Source: Antedon mediterranea
Lineage: Eukaryota > Animalia > Echinodermata
Reading direction: 5' to 3'
DNA: 64,000 bases
NCBI RefSeq assembly: GCF_964355755.1
Contig: NC_092674.1
Span: forward strand, 30,504,001 to 30,568,000
This document shows positions 45,574 to 60,900 of the stretch, one piece after another. The translations under genes were made by a program, and so were the position numbers. Positions within the stretch are counted from its first letter, which is position 1. Every line of letters begins with the position of its first letter. The notes under the pieces were generated by a model. It was not told where the DNA came from and did not search any database. It saw nothing but the letters and a program-made list of their open reading frames with translations.

Positions 45574-48500
45574 TTATTTTTGTAGAAGATGAGGTTCCTC
45601 CCGGCAGCGCCAACTATCAGCAGTAGGCCTACGGACTGTGAAATAAAACAATAAACAACAAATTAAATTAATTAAAATTAAATAATATATTAAGTTTGAA
45701 ATAAATTTCATAATAGAATAAGCTAAAATTCTAAATTCTATATAAATAAGATGTGTGGAGAAAGAAATAGTCATGTTAACAAAAAACTAGGCCTCAGACC
45801 AAAAAAAGTATAATATGTAGCGCCCCCAGCGACCAGTTTACTTGTTGAGTTCAATTATAGTTGTGACACGCCATAAGGGGCAACAAATTTAGTCTTATCA
45901 GGGAAGAGTTAAATTGTAATTTAACTCTTCCCTGGTCTTATGAACAATATCTAACCAATAATTACTTACTGTGGCACCGTGTTCCTGCATAACAGTCACG
46001 GCAAGTACAGTGATAAGTAGAACCACTTCTACTACACCGACCACCATTCTGACATGGGTTGGGGTGACAGGGATCTAAATCAAACATGTTTTTTCAAAAG
46101 TAGTTCACATATCAAATATTCATAGATGTCGTACTGTTGTTTATTTTTTATTGATTTATTGTCTCAATTACTTTATCTGTTTACTTGTTAATTATATTAT
46201 TTTAGTTCGATAGGGTCTTATACGTGACAAGAATAATTTGTTCTTCTGGTGTAGATCCTCAATATGATATTGAAATAAAAATAACCGTTGAAGAGTATAA
46301 TTGTTCCATGGAAAAGAACGTTAAATAAATGAATGAACGAACGAATGAATGAAACGCATATGATTACTCAACGTAGCGACAACAGCATATTTTGATTCAC
46401 CATGTTGGCCCAATTTTAGTTGGATTAGTTTACTGATGGATTTGATATAATAAATAAAACTTACCTGGAGCCGGCACGGATCCACCACTATTTCCTGTGA
46501 ATACGGAATAAAATGAATTAATTACTAATATAAAGTAGTGAATAACATTATTTTCGCTAAGTGTTGAGAGACTAATTGTGTTGAGAGACATTCATAGCAA
46601 ATGGACTTATTGAGTCCAAACGACGGCAAAACACTAAATAAATAGTTCGTAGAAACAACAGTGAATTTTAGTCTATAGCATACTACAAGACTGCTCTCGC
46701 ACATTCATATAATATATGTTTATATAGTACTGTAGCATTTACCTTTTGGTCCTGGTGGTCCCTGTGATCCTTTCGGTCCTGGTGGTCCCCGGCCTCCTCC
46801 CGAACCTTTTGTTCCCGGTGGTCCCCGTGGCCCTTGTGCTCCCCGATTCCCTCCCGATCCCTTTGGTCCTGGTGGCCCACGTGCTCCTTGTGGTCCCCGA
46901 GCTCCTCCTGAACCCTTTGGTCCCGGTGGTCCTTGTGCTCCCCGATTCCCTCCTGATCCTTTTGGTCCTGGTGGTCCCCGTGGCCCTTGTGCTCCCCGAT
47001 TCCCTCCCGATCCCTTTGGTCCCGGTGGCCCACGTGCTCCTTGTGGTCCCTGAGCTCCTCCTGAACCCTTAGGTCCCGGTGGTCCTTGTGCTCCCCGATT
47101 CCCTCCTGATCCTTTTGGTCCTGGTGGTCCCAGTGGCCCTTGTGCTCCCCGATTTCCTCCCGATCCCTTTGGTCCCGGTGGCCCACGTGCTCCTTGTGCC
47201 CCCCGAGTTCCTCCTTCCCCTTTTTGTCCTTGTGGTCCTTGTGCTCCCCGATTCCCTCCCGATCCTTTTGGTCCTGGTGGTCCACGTGCTCCTTGTGGTC
47301 CCCGAGCTCCCCCTGATCCCTTTGGTCCTGGTGGTCCTTTTGGCCCTTGTGCTCCTTGAGCTCCTCCTGATCCTTTTGGTCCTGGTGGTCCCTTTGGCCC
47401 TTGTGCTCCTTTAGCTCCTCCTGATCCTTTTGGTCCTGGTGGTCCTTTTGGCCCTTGTGCTCCTTGAGCTCCTCCTGATCCCTTTGGTCCAGGTGGTCCT
47501 TTTGGCCCTTGTGCTCCTTGAGCTCCTCCTGATCCCTTTGGTCCTGGTGGTCCTTGTGGTCCCATTGATCCTGTCGATCCCTTGTACCCTGGTGATCCCT
47601 TTTGCCCATTGTCTCCGGCAGTTCCTAATAAATTGTACCAATTATGTCAATAAACGTAGTACTGAAGAAAGTTACAAACACAATAGAATAGAGTAGAACT
47701 AGAAAACTGGGCTTAGATGTACAAGCCTGGCTTTGATGCGATGCGCAAATGACTGCATTTTGAAGCAGTATGTAAGTGACAGAAGTAAGAATTTACTTTG
47801 TCATATTCAGGAATTATGATGAATCAAAATCCTAATACAAACAAAGTACTTACTCTGAGGGTCCCTAATGATCAGAAATTGCTGGATGGATCACCCTCAT
47901 TAAATATGGTCAACAACAAAAAAATTACTTAGTATTATTTAAAAAAAAAACAAGTAAAAGTAATCACTTACCTCGGTCCCCTTTCGGGCCCTTTAGACCT
48001 ATTAGTATAAAAGTACGTTAATATATTTAATTAATTACACACACCGTGCTATCGCAAACATTATTGATTTCAGAAATATTTATTAAACCTAAATGCTTTT
48101 CTAAAATTCTAGTACAAATGTTCTATGTGTATTTCGTTTCTGTTTTCTGACCAATGCAACTCACTCACCAGGTTCGCCTTTTTGTCCCGGCATGCCCACA
48201 CCAAGTTCCCCTTTATTTCCTAGAGGACCAGGATTTCCTTTTTCACCCATATCACCTTTAAAATAAATGTATAGATTAATGTAGGCCTATATTTTGACCA
48301 TTTCAATTTGTATGTGAATTTTGTTCCAGTTTTGTAATGACTATTAGTAATGTAAACAAACAAAATGTTGTACACCTCATCATATTATGGGGGACTTACC
48401 CTTTTCTCCTTTGCAACCGATCTCACCGTTTAATCCGGGAACACCAGGTATACCTGAAATATATTAATACAATTTCATTATTTTACTGTACTATTGTGTG

Positions 48501-48996
48501 ACGTAATTACATAACTTTGATCAATGTCACCACTAAACCCCGTCGTCATAACACCTCCCCACAACCAATTAGCTATACAATTGCAGGTGTTCCCAAATCA
48601 CACCATCACTTCAATTGAATACGTCTTTATGGAAATTACGTAGACATTCGTAACATATTATTTCGTTGTTGTTTTTACAGTTTGGTTTTCACTAGCGACG
48701 CAACGCGAGGAGGTACGCGCAACGCAAGCGAGTTGACCAATGACAAGCCACTGTTCGAATAATCAAAATATAATAATTTTTGATTGGTCAAATCACTTAC
48801 GTTGTGTTATGTCCTTGCGTTGCGTCAAAGAACTTATAACTTATATGTTATAATTTCTTTGGTTGCGTCGCTAGTGAGAAAACATTCACACATAGGCTAT
48901 AGTATTGCTATACTTTACTAAAATAACCCTCACCTGGAACTGCGGGAACTGGGCTGTTACCCTTCTGGCCTTTTGGGCCTGGTGGTCCTTTGGGAC
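45574..48996 (-). pseudogene. Collagen-EGF paralogue B2: lacks ATG/TM exons, no LTR insertion
   Basis: Same 8 exons as B1 (large exon 47624-46743, EGF exon 46074-45970) and the same deletion junction at about 49176. Confidence 0.75.
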
Positions 48997-50963
48997 CTGA
49001 AAGAAATAGGGGTCATGAATAAAAAAAAATGTTTAAAAATATAGAAATAGTGCTTCATGATGTGTCCAGGAAAAGTTGAATTGAACAGAATTGAAATATT
49101 TAAAATTCACGTGTGTGTAATTTAGATACTACTGTAATACCAATTGTCAGTGAAAGAGCAAAATGAACAATTATTCAGCGGCCGCTTTCAGTAATTTAAT
49201 AATCATTTTGGATAGATATTCTCTAACTAAGGAGGCCTAACTTACCTTGTTATTCTAGTACACCAGTATCTTCTCATCTATCTATTATAGCAAGATTTCT
49301 GATACACGGTACTTTATACCAATATTAACGGAAACGAAAAGAATATTATATAAACCACTAAATGAGGAAAACATCCTATGATACTGGTACTCTTCCAGGA
49401 ATTGTTAAGGAAACCTACTATGAAAGTACAGAACCTATCATTGTCTTTTTTGGTATACTCAACTTGACTACCTGTCAGTCAGAGTTTGTGAATCTTTAGT
49501 CGACATAAATTAATTTGTAAATATATTCATTAAGTCTGGAATTTCAATTTTAGTGCCTGACGTATTCTCCCATGTACTGCTTCATTCTTCTGTTTAACTC
49601 TCCTCATTTTATCATGTAGTGACAACCATTTTCCTTCATTCTTTTTTCCTTAGTACGATGTATTATGACATGTTTCCCATTCGAATGAAAGTTCGTACGT
49701 GCTGGTATATAATTCAATTCAATTCAATTCAAATAAACATTTATTTCTTTCATTCATATTTGAGTAAAAAACATTATAATTTCTGATATTTTATAAATAA
49801 ATATTTTTTTTTTTTTAGAGATATAATACAGTAAATCATAATGTATAAAAAGATGATTCAGTTATATACAAAATGAAAGAGGCAAAAAAACCCAAGAAAG
49901 TATCGATCAATTGGAAAAAAAAATCCAATTGAAACTTGTATGTTGGGAAGCCATGTAAGAAGATTATATACTTATATATATAAATGTAAACATATAACTA
50001 CACAAACACATATAGATCAACAGACACACACACACACACACCAACAGTAAAGGAAGCAATTTCGAAAAAGTTTCTAAAGTTAAAAAAATATTACAAAATA
50101 GAGAAAACAATTAGTTATAATTTGAAATAAGATATTCTTTAAGTTTAAAAGTTGCAATCAATCCGGTAGTGAACAAATGTTCTGATGAAGACACGTGAAA
50201 CATTTTGACAATTTAAGGTTTGTAAAATGTGCTGTAGGTTTATTTAAAATTATACTTTATGTTTTTCATTGTTCTGACGCTTAAAAACTATTAAAGGGTT
50301 AAAGCAAATTTAATGTATAGTAACCTATAGTTTATACACAACACAAGTAATTTGTTTAAAGTACTACTTTTAAAGAAGGATGTGGTTTGTATATATGTGG
50401 GTTCGGAGTAATAGAAACGTTAAGATGACCAGTACATTGTTTGTGTTTCAGATTAATAGAAACAAGCAATGACGTACTATATAGTATTCGCACACTAAAG
50501 CGTGTCGCAACGAAATCCCAAACAACACGCGTCGTGATTGGTCAAAATACTTGCCTTGCGCTTACATCTTTGGGAATAATGGTGTTTCTACCGCTGTTAT
50601 AAAAAAAACCACACAACACACAAATAATATAAACTGTTTTATTCTAAAATTTTCACCGGCTTATTCTTTGTTGCTTTTAGTCACAATTGGTTTTGATTTT
50701 ACTTAATACAAAAAGAATAAATTGTAATAATAGAGAAAGAAATGAATGTGGCTATATACAATATTTTGTATTTTATGGTTATGCTAATATAGTCAGATAT
50801 GTATCTGATAGACTTGCAACAGTCTTTAACAGAGAGTCTCGTGACAGAATCGGGTGTAATACGAAAGTCAAACATCATACAAATTTGTATATTGATAATT
50901 ATTCTAGCTAGAAAGTTAGATTACTAAGAACATTGGAATAAATTCTTTAAACATGGATTCGTT

Positions 50964-53900
50964 TTATTTTCCATACATCCAAGCTTCCAGGCAATCAGAA
51001 CCACTTACAACTGCATGGCCTGTGAAATAAAAAGAAATCAAATATTAAAGATTGATTATATATTAGGCCTATCTTTTGTTCCAAGTTTTATTTTTAATCG
51101 GATATACTAAAATTCTACATTCTACAAAAAAGAAAGAATTTTTGACCAAAAAAGGCCTCCTTGGACGTGACCAAAATCAAAATCTAGTCTTTTTATTTGT
51201 TTAAAAGTTGCTAAGAGTTATGAAACGCCGCGCGCATAGGCAAACCTATAGCCTTTTTAATGAACAATGTCTCATACTTACTGTTGCATGTTGTTCCTCT
51301 AAAACAGTACTTGCAACTACATAGATAAGTAGAACCAAGCCTACTACATGTACCACCATTCTTACATGGATTGGGATGACAGGGACCTAAATCAAACATT
51401 AATGTTATTTAAAAGTATTTTAAAATACTGTATCACACATTCATTCACTAGCTTAAAGTATATTAGCTGATTAGTCAGAGTATACATGTTATACATAGAA
51501 TCCGAATGACGCCGAATGAACGAACGAACGAACGAGTAAAATAAGATAATTCAACGTAACGACATCAGTTTATTTTGATACGCCATGTGTGCCAAATTGT
51601 TTATCCTTTTACGATAATTTGATCGAATTCCCCCCCCCCCCCCGACAAATTTTACTGATTATACTGACGGATTTTATATAATAAATACAAATTACCTGGA
51701 GCTGGTCCCTCTGCGCCTGTGAATAAGAAATAAAATGAATTATTTAGTAATATAAAGTACTGTATGACACTATCGGAACTAAGTGTTGAGAAACCTTCTA
51801 AGCAAATTATTTAGTCCAAATGGCGGCAAAACACTAAAATAGATTCAAACAGTGACTTTTAATCTATAAAATATACTACAAGACCACTTGAAATTCAAAT
51901 ACATTTTATAGTAGCATTTACCCTTTGGTCCTCGTGATCCCTGTGATCCTTTAGGTCCTCGGGCTCCTTCTGATCCCTTTGATCCTGGTGGTCCTTGTGC
52001 TCCTCTAGCTCCCCCTGATCCCCTTGGTCCTGGTGGTCCTTGTGGCCCTTGTTCCCCTCGAGTTCCTCCTGAACCCTTTGGTCCTGGTGGTCCTTGTGCT
52101 CCCAGAGCGCCTTCTGATCCTCTTGGTCCTGGTTGTCCGGTTGGTCCTTGTGCTCCGCGAGCTCCTTCTTCCCCCTTTGATCCTTGAGCTCCTCCTGAAC
52201 CCTTTGGACCTGGTGTTCCTTGTGCTCCGCGAGCTCCGCCTGTCCCATTTGGTCCTGGTGATCCTTGTGCCCCTCGTGCTCCTTTTAATCCTCTTGGTCC
52301 TAGTGGTCCTTGTAGTCCCATTGTTCCTGTTGATCCATTGGACCCTGGTTGTCCCGGTTGCCCATTGTCTCCGGCAGTTCCTAATAAATTGTACCAATTA
52401 TGTCAATAAAAAAATCAGGCTTAGAATTAAGCCTAACGCAATGCCTAATTGACTGATTTTGAAGCACTGAGTTTCAGTGGTTCGTCGTCTGATACAATTT
52501 GGCGCCAGAATTAAGAATTTAAAAAACGTGTTTGCATAATTGCAATAACAGGACCATAATATGTAAAACAGGTGCAATATCTATATGTTTTTATCCTGTC
52601 TAAATATGTTTTAAATAAAATAAAATAGAAAAATAAATAACTGTCGTCGTATGGAACGCCAAGCAATAACATATGCCAACGCATTAGGATTAAGCACATT
52701 TTAATTAATAGCCCTATGCCATAATAAAAAAGTATGGATTATAATCCTATTACAAAATAAATAAATCGTTCAAGTACTATAGTATAATCTTATAAAAACA
52801 ACAGAGTAAGAGTAATCACTTACCTTGGTCCCCTTTCGGGCCCTTTAGACCTATAGCGAAAATAGATAATGTAAATTTTTTTTTTATTAAACCTTATTTA
52901 GTGAGGATGACCCTCAACAGGACGTTATGCTGACAATCAAAGGGCCATCATAAAAACATAAAAAACATATATGGAATAAGAAAAACGGATAAACTATGTT
53001 TAAACAAAAATATATACATAAATACAAAAATATAGGTTACAATACTATAATAATAATAATAATTATAATAATAACAGGATTTGTATAGCGCACATACCAC
53101 TCAAGAGTGCTCAAGGCGCATTAAAAAAATAAAAACAAATCATACAAATTCCTGACAAATAAAATGCAATTTCTTTGGAGGGTCCCCATCCGTTCTCGTT
53201 CTGTCGCGGTCCCGGACCCCTACCTAGGTGACCAAACAAAGGTTTTTATACAAAACGTTGAGGTTTTTCTTTTGGAATTAAATATGTTTTTAGAGCAGAC
53301 TTAAAATTGTTTATTGTTACCGCATTTATAAGTTTGGTGGGTATATTCAGGTATGTTGGTGCTCTATAGATAAAGCTGTTCTTAAAATTTTCGGTTTTAG
53401 GGAAAGGTACGACAAATGTCCTCTCATTGACACTTACTTCGGTGAATGAATTAATTAATTCGGTTATTAATTGATTATTGAACATATCCTAAATGTTTTT
53501 TCTGAAATGTGATTATAAATTTTCTTGTCTGTTTCTTTTCTGTACTTCTTACTCACCACGTTTGCCCCTTTTCCCTGGCTTCCCTACACCAACTTCGCCT
53601 TTAATTCCAGGAGAACCAAACAATCCAGTCTCACCTTTATTACCCATATTACCTTTTAAATAAATGTTAAAAAATTATTGTCTTTGTAGTGTAATAAAAT
53701 AAAATCTACAAATATTAATAAAGAATGTAATATATTATTTATCAATATTTGTAGAACATTTTATATATCAAAAATATATGTTGACCAATTTAATTCATTT
53801 GTTTGCTTAATCTAGATGTGTTGACTACTAAGTAATGTAAACAAACAATATGTTGAAGTCATGCTAATTTATTACGCATATCTACCTACCCTTTTCTCCT

Positions 53901-55945
53901 TTACTGCCCATCGCACCATGTTGTCCGGGAATACCAGGTACACCTGAAATGTTTAAACGTTATTATTGTTACTATATTGTATGACGTCATGACATCAACA
54001 TGGGCAGACATCTCGGTCCTAACGGGAAACAGATAGCCTACAGTTATTCCTGTCAGCTTACTCATATCAACTATCGGGATTTCACTCGATTTTAAACAAA
54101 ATGTCTTATCAAATCTCCCTATGTAATTTTATAATACTATTTCCCACAATATATTCCGATTCTTTATGGCGTATATTTAATTTGATCTTTATTAATTTGC
54201 AGTATAATTTTTATTTTTTAACTACTGTACCTTCACACACGCGCTGTCCGTTCCTAAAATAAACAAAAAACTGAAATGGCTATGCAATTTAAGTTCCAGT
54301 CCTACTATCGGTTTTTTTCTTCCTTCTTCCAAAGGGACACTGTATTGATTGATGGAAAGTGCCTGTTTCCAGTTACCTTTAGGGTCAAATCTATTATTTT
54401 AACTGCTCCCTTGTGTATAAAAGAGAGAAAATAGTTGAAACCAGGTTGTTGCAAGATGAACCCGGAAATTACTTTGACCCGGGAAGAATTGAAATTGAGT
54501 TGAAAATCTACTGTTGAAATCATAAATTGTGTTAAAAAACTCATTATAATATCTTCCTAAGATAGAAATATGGAAAAATAGCGTCGATGTGAAAATTAAT
54601 GTTATCAAATCTACGTTTCGCGGTACATCTGAGATAGATAAGGTAGGTGGTATCCAATGCGGAGATTTGTACCGAAGTTTTTGCATTGTGCTCGCCTATG
54701 TCAGAATTAACCATAATTTATATATATAGATACAATTCCCGTTATCAAATCGCACACATTTTCAAATTAATTACGTTTTCACATATCAGTGCCCCACCAG
54801 ACTGTCGAGTCAGAAAGTCATTCTAAAACACATGAGCATGTATATGCATCACTACGTAATTCAACCAGCACCAGTACGATTTCATCGTCATAAATCAAAT
54901 TGTATCAGCACCTCATTACTTAAATATTTCACCTTGACCACATTCGTAACATTTGATTTAGTTGTGGTTTTTAGTGGCGTGCAAAGGCGACTCTATAGCT
55001 CACAATGTCGGTCGGTCGGTTGGTTGGTCGGTCGGTAAACACTAACTCAAAATTGAGACTGCAGCAATGTATATGGCCTTGTTTATCAGAGATCCGCACA
55101 TTATATTATTTCTATACTTTACCCCAAATAATCCTTTTCCTCACATGGAGCTGCCGGGACTGGGCCGGCTGTTACCCTTCTGGCCTTTTGGGCCTGGTGG
55201 TCCTGTAGGGCCTGAAACAAATAATTATAGATATAGAAAATGTACAGAAATAGTTGATCATACCTCCTCCACCCAGATACTTATGATAATTGGCTCAATT
55301 TGAAATACCCAAAATACACATAAATGAATATTATACATATACTACGTTAATTTCGTCGTCAAACGATTATTCATTATTCTCGCATTTCCTTTATACTTAC
55401 ATGCTACGCAATTTTCATTGTCGGTGTTACGTTTCACGATGTGCTGTTGAGTCTAAAAGGAAATACATTTGTTTGTTTTGTTTTACGTTTAAAGTATAGT
55501 ATACTGTTTTATATATAGCTCAATGTTTGTATGACACAAAGCGGTAGAATGCAATCAAATTTGTATCTCTTTTTGATTATGATTTCCTTACAGTGTTGGT
55601 ATTTTACAGAAAGGTATATATGAAGATATCAATTGACGCGCGCGTACAAAGTCCGTACCATAGTATCAAGATTTTAACGCACGCGTCAAGCGTTGTCGCC
55701 TCGTTTGTTGCGTTACAGCAACGATACAAATAAGATGGAATGATACTCACCAGGTTATTACTTATTTTCTCTTCATACACATGAACTTTTGATTTCATTT
55801 CGAGAAACAAGTATCCTTGGTTGAAGAGAATCAAGGTCACAACAATAGAAATTATGACGTTGAACAATAGCTGTCCACGTGACGACGACGAAACATTACG
55901 ATTGGTTGTTTCACCAAGAATTCCGTACTCTTTCTCTGTTGACAT
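50964..55945 (-). pseudogene. TM-collagen-EGF gene copy A3, with the same 4-bp frameshift as A2
   Basis: Exon 3 (55211-55145) reads GGGCCGGCTG as in A2. Confidence 0.75.
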
Positions 55946-57945
55946 CTTACTTTAAGAAAATATCAACATGTTCACAGTTTAATCACAATTTAATGATGTA
56001 TTATCCCCAAAAAACATGAAAAATTAACATTAATAAATCATATTTTGAATAGGCAAATTTTGCAGTTTTAATAAATTTATTTATTTCCGTAGAAATAAAA
56101 AGCACAAATGATTTCACTTATAAAAAGATATAGTAAACGACAAATATATCTAAAACCCCAGATAGACAATTTTGCCATTTCATGCCTTAGCCTATATAAG
56201 TGAATAACCATTACCTTATGTGAAATATGTTTCAGGGACAATTAACTCTTAATTTTAACGGAAAACTGCAATAGAAGACGATTTCTGCTTTACCTTATCG
56301 TTTTGATTTAACTTTGTGCGTGTTTTATTTGTATCTTCATTGATATCCAGCAGCCGCTTTCAGTAATTTAATATTCCTTTTGGATTGATATTCTCTAACT
56401 AAGTTAGGCCTAAGCCTAACTTACCTTGTTATTTGCCAACCAATTACCATGTAGTAGTACCAAGATTCCTGATACACGGTACGGTATATCAATATTGACG
56501 GAAACGAAGATTCAGCAGCCGCTTTCAGTAATTTAATTATCCTTTTGGATAGATATTCTCTAACTATGGAGGCCTAACTTACCTTGTTATTTTTTAAATA
56601 GTCTAGTACACCAGTATCTTCTCATCTATCTATTATAGCAAGATTTCTGATACACGGTACTTTATACCAATATTAACGGAAACGAAAAGAATATATCAAA
56701 ACCACTAAATGAGGAAAACATCCTATGATACTGGTACTCTTCCAGGAATTGTTAAGGAAACCTACTATGAAAGTACAGAACCTATCATTGTCTTTTTGGT
56801 ATACTCAACTTGACTACCTGTCAGTCAGAGTTTGTGAATCTTTAGTCGACATAAATTAATTTGTAAATATATTCATTAAGTCTGGAATTTTTATTTTAGT
56901 GCCTGACGTATTTCTCCCATGTACAGCTTCATGCTTCTGTTTAACTCTCCTTTTATCATGTAGTGACAGCCATTTTCCTTCATGCTTTTTTCCTCCTTAG
57001 TACGATGTATTATGACATGTTTCTCATTCGTGCTGGTATAAAATATAAAGTTTTTTTAAACAAAATAATTACAGCACAAAATTGAACAAAATTAAATTTT
57101 CTCCTGAATAGTGTGTCCGGTAGTAAAAATATGTTCTCCTGACGACGAAGACACGTGAAACATGTCAACAATTCAAGGTTTGTCGAATTTTGTGCTATAG
57201 GTTTGTTTTAAAAACACTGCATGTTTCCCATTGTTCGGACGCTTAAAGCAAATTTAATGTATAGCAACCTATAGTTTATACACGACACAAGTAATTTGTT
57301 TAAAGTACTACTTTTAAAGAAGGATGTGATTTGTATATATGTGGGTTCGGAGTAATAGAAACGTTAAGATGACCACCAGTACATTGTTTGTAGGTTCGGA
57401 GAAATAGAAACGTTAAAATGACCAGTAAATAATTGTTTGTGGGTAAATTTCGGAGTAATAGAAACAAGTAATGACGTATAGTATTCGCTAGTAATTTGAC
57501 CAACGATTTTGAGTCTGAACTGAATCGAACGGCAAACAATTTTAGAACTTCTGAACCCCAGGAAAGTGTACCGACTCTTTGTGAATTGCTTTGTTTAAAG
57601 CCACTCACTTAAATTAAACCTGACGTTAAAATTTGAAATATATAAGACAACATAGACAATTTAATGTTTTATTTAGATTATATGACATTCGGTAATGTTA
57701 AGGGACCTTATAAATCATACACATTCTTGGTAAACAACTTTTTCATGAACTGATTTATAGGCCATGTCAGTATTTTTAATGTTTCGTTACATTAATGTGT
57801 ATTTCTATTGGTGGTTCAAAAGAAAACACCTACCACAGGTTACCATAAAAGGGAAAACTTGTTTAAAAATATCACAATTGGAACATTGGTTCTCTTATCA
57901 AGATCACATAAGTCTGAATATTGGAAATCAGTTTCTTTAATCACT

Positions 57946-60900
57946 ATGCAGCTTAAGTAAGTATCTTGTTAATGTTAATACTTGGTGTATTCATTATGTA
58001 GAATAAGTTCTGAAGTACAGTTTGATCTGTTACACATGAATTAATGATTGTACAGTTATATATACTAGTCTAGTGTAAAAAATGGGATTGGATCCAATAT
58101 TAATTCGTCAAATAACATTCTTATTTGATTATTATTATTATTATTATTAGTGTTATTATTATTATTATTATTAATAGTAGTGTTATTGTTATTATTATTA
58201 TTATTATTATTATTGTTAGTGTTATTATTATTATTATTATACGCTCGCTTCGCTCGCGTACCATCTAGGTCGTGCCCACAGAAGGTTCTCGAATACACAG
58301 TAATTTCAGCGTTAAAAAACTGGCGATTTCAAATGTACAATAATGCAGGACAATAATATATGTCGTTTACAGGAACGATTAAAGCCCCATTCCCTATGTT
58401 TTTTAGATTTAATTTAAGATCACAAACTATATTTAAAAATAATACTATATGGTCCTATTGCGATAACTTTTTTCGTCTTTAAACGGTTAAAAATGTGAAA
58501 AATAAGTCGATTCTAATAATTATAGCGGCCCGCTATAAATCCCAAAATGCATTGCGCGCGGATAGATATTTTTGTTTTTCACCTGTAATTCGCCCACTTT
58601 TCGATCGATCGTGAGGCCAAAACAAATGGAAGACTCCTTAACTTTTCAGCGAAAATACCGGGTTTTCCCCAATTTGTATCAACGGAGTCTGGCAAAAATA
58701 GAAAGACAATTAATGCAGCAACTATACAACGTCAGGCTAGGTATATAGCTAGCGTACGATGTTCGTACGTTACCGATGTTTACCAGCTAGGCCTACAAAA
58801 CTAAGCCTAGCTAGGCTAGGCCTAAGACCGTCCACGAGAGGTCGATCGCCGCGAGCTACTTAGGTAGTGCATTGTTTTTCACTTTTTATCATAATTTACC
58901 ATAAAACGTACATTTAAGACAAGGAATGACATGGTTTAATGTTTTTAAAGTGATATATATGTATTATTTTCCAAAAAACGTCCACAATTGCAGGGAAGGG
59001 GTCTTTAAATAGACACTGTGATTGATGTACTCAACTAAAATTAGCACACTGGGAATTACTTCCGAAAGAGAAAGTTGTCACAAAATGAGACCAATTCAAA
59101 TTTAAACAAACTTAATTTGTGTTTTGTATGTAACATTATGGTTGAGAGATGGGGAAGAGGATGGGTGCAAAGAGGAACAATTTTTAAATATATTCTTTAT
59201 TTTGTAACGAAATATTAATTAACATGTTTTACAAATAATATACCACTAAACACAGTAAAACATTGCGATGTATACTTTGTTGAAACTATCACCGTCGTAG
59301 TCGATTGAAATAGTACAGTACATGTAACGATACACTACGACGTATGTTTATATATAATGTTAAACAATTTGTGAAAACCACCTCTATTCGGGGCAAATCA
59401 TAAATTCGATTTAATCGGTAATAAATATTAAATTACGGCGACTGAAAACGCTAGCTCATTATCCGTTTAAAAAAAATTATATCCAACCTCTGCAGCACAG
59501 ATTGAAAAAAAAAATGGATCGAATTTCTGTTATGAGTATACAGTACTTTCCTTTACGACGCCTGAGGGAATAGACATTTGTGGAACGACACAGAGATTGG
59601 AATGTTCCATTCATCGCAAATCAATACATTTGTATAAACGTATATTAAATCTATCAAAATAGTATTTTTTTAAGAAAATCGGCCTGTCTTCAACATTATG
59701 ATACTATACTCCAGCTGTTCAACCGGTTTTCAGCTATTAAAAACAATTATCGTAGGAGGAGATAGGAAAATGCGAAGCCTCCTCGCATTTTTGTGGCGGG
59801 TATTTTTCAAGATGGACATCCATTAGACAGTGTATACCACGATCGGAAAACACCCCTATCTGGGGCAAATCGTTGAACCTAAATTCGTTTTAATCGTCCA
59901 TAACTAATTATCTAACTTAATTTAATTAGTAAACAGGGTTACATCAGGCGGTTAAAATCAGTACCGAAAGTACGAACCAACTTTACATACCATCGAGTAA
60001 AAATTCTAAAAGTAAGGCGCGATTTACCGAATTTTGCCCTTACGTAAATTTATATATAGATTACTAGATGGTACGCGAGCGAAGCGAGCGTACCATCTAG
60101 GTCGTGCCCACAGATGGTTCTCGAATACACAGTAATTTCAGCGTCACAAAACTGGCGATTTCAAATGTACGTACCGCAGACACGATGATTTATGTAGTCA
60201 ACTAAAATTACCACTCTGGGAATTACTTCCGAAGGAGAAAATTATCACAAAATGAGTCCAAATTTTTGATTTGGACTCATTTAAAGAAACCCAATTTGTG
60301 TTTTGTATGGGTTTTTTTATATTAGGGTTGAGGGATGGGAAAGCGGATAGGTACAAAGAGGAACAATTTTTAAATATATTCTTTATCCACTCAGTAACGA
60401 AATATTTTTTTCGTGTTTTATAGGCCTATAAATAATATACCTCTAAATACAGTAAAACATTTGCGATTTAATCCCGGATTTAATACTTTGTTAAAACTGT
60501 CACTGTCATAATCGATTGAAATATTAAAGTACATGTCACGATACACCACTACGACGTTTATTTTATTGGTAATTATTAATTAATACAAACGTTGAGAAGG
60601 AACTGTCAGTATAAAGTTTATTTGTATATAATAATGTGTTTATATATCTAACAGTAGATCCTATCCACAATCTCAGTAATAAAGTTTATCTGTATATATT
60701 TTTATATTACATCTAACAGTACGAACATTCACAGTAAGAAATGTTCGATTCAAATGAGGACTAAAAATAGTTAATAGGTATTTACAGTATTGTCAAAGTA
60801 TTGCAAGTTTATTCTCAAAGGGCCCATATATTTACCTACCGTATGTGTTAAACCAAGGGCTCATAAATTTACCTACTTGTGTTAAACCAAACTCTGGCAG

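Larger units (their letters stand above)
35840..55620. repeat. Tandem segmental duplication unit 2 (19,781 bp, no LTR element)
   Basis: All ORFs recur at offset 19,780-19,781. The phase of the boundaries is approximate. Confidence 0.92.
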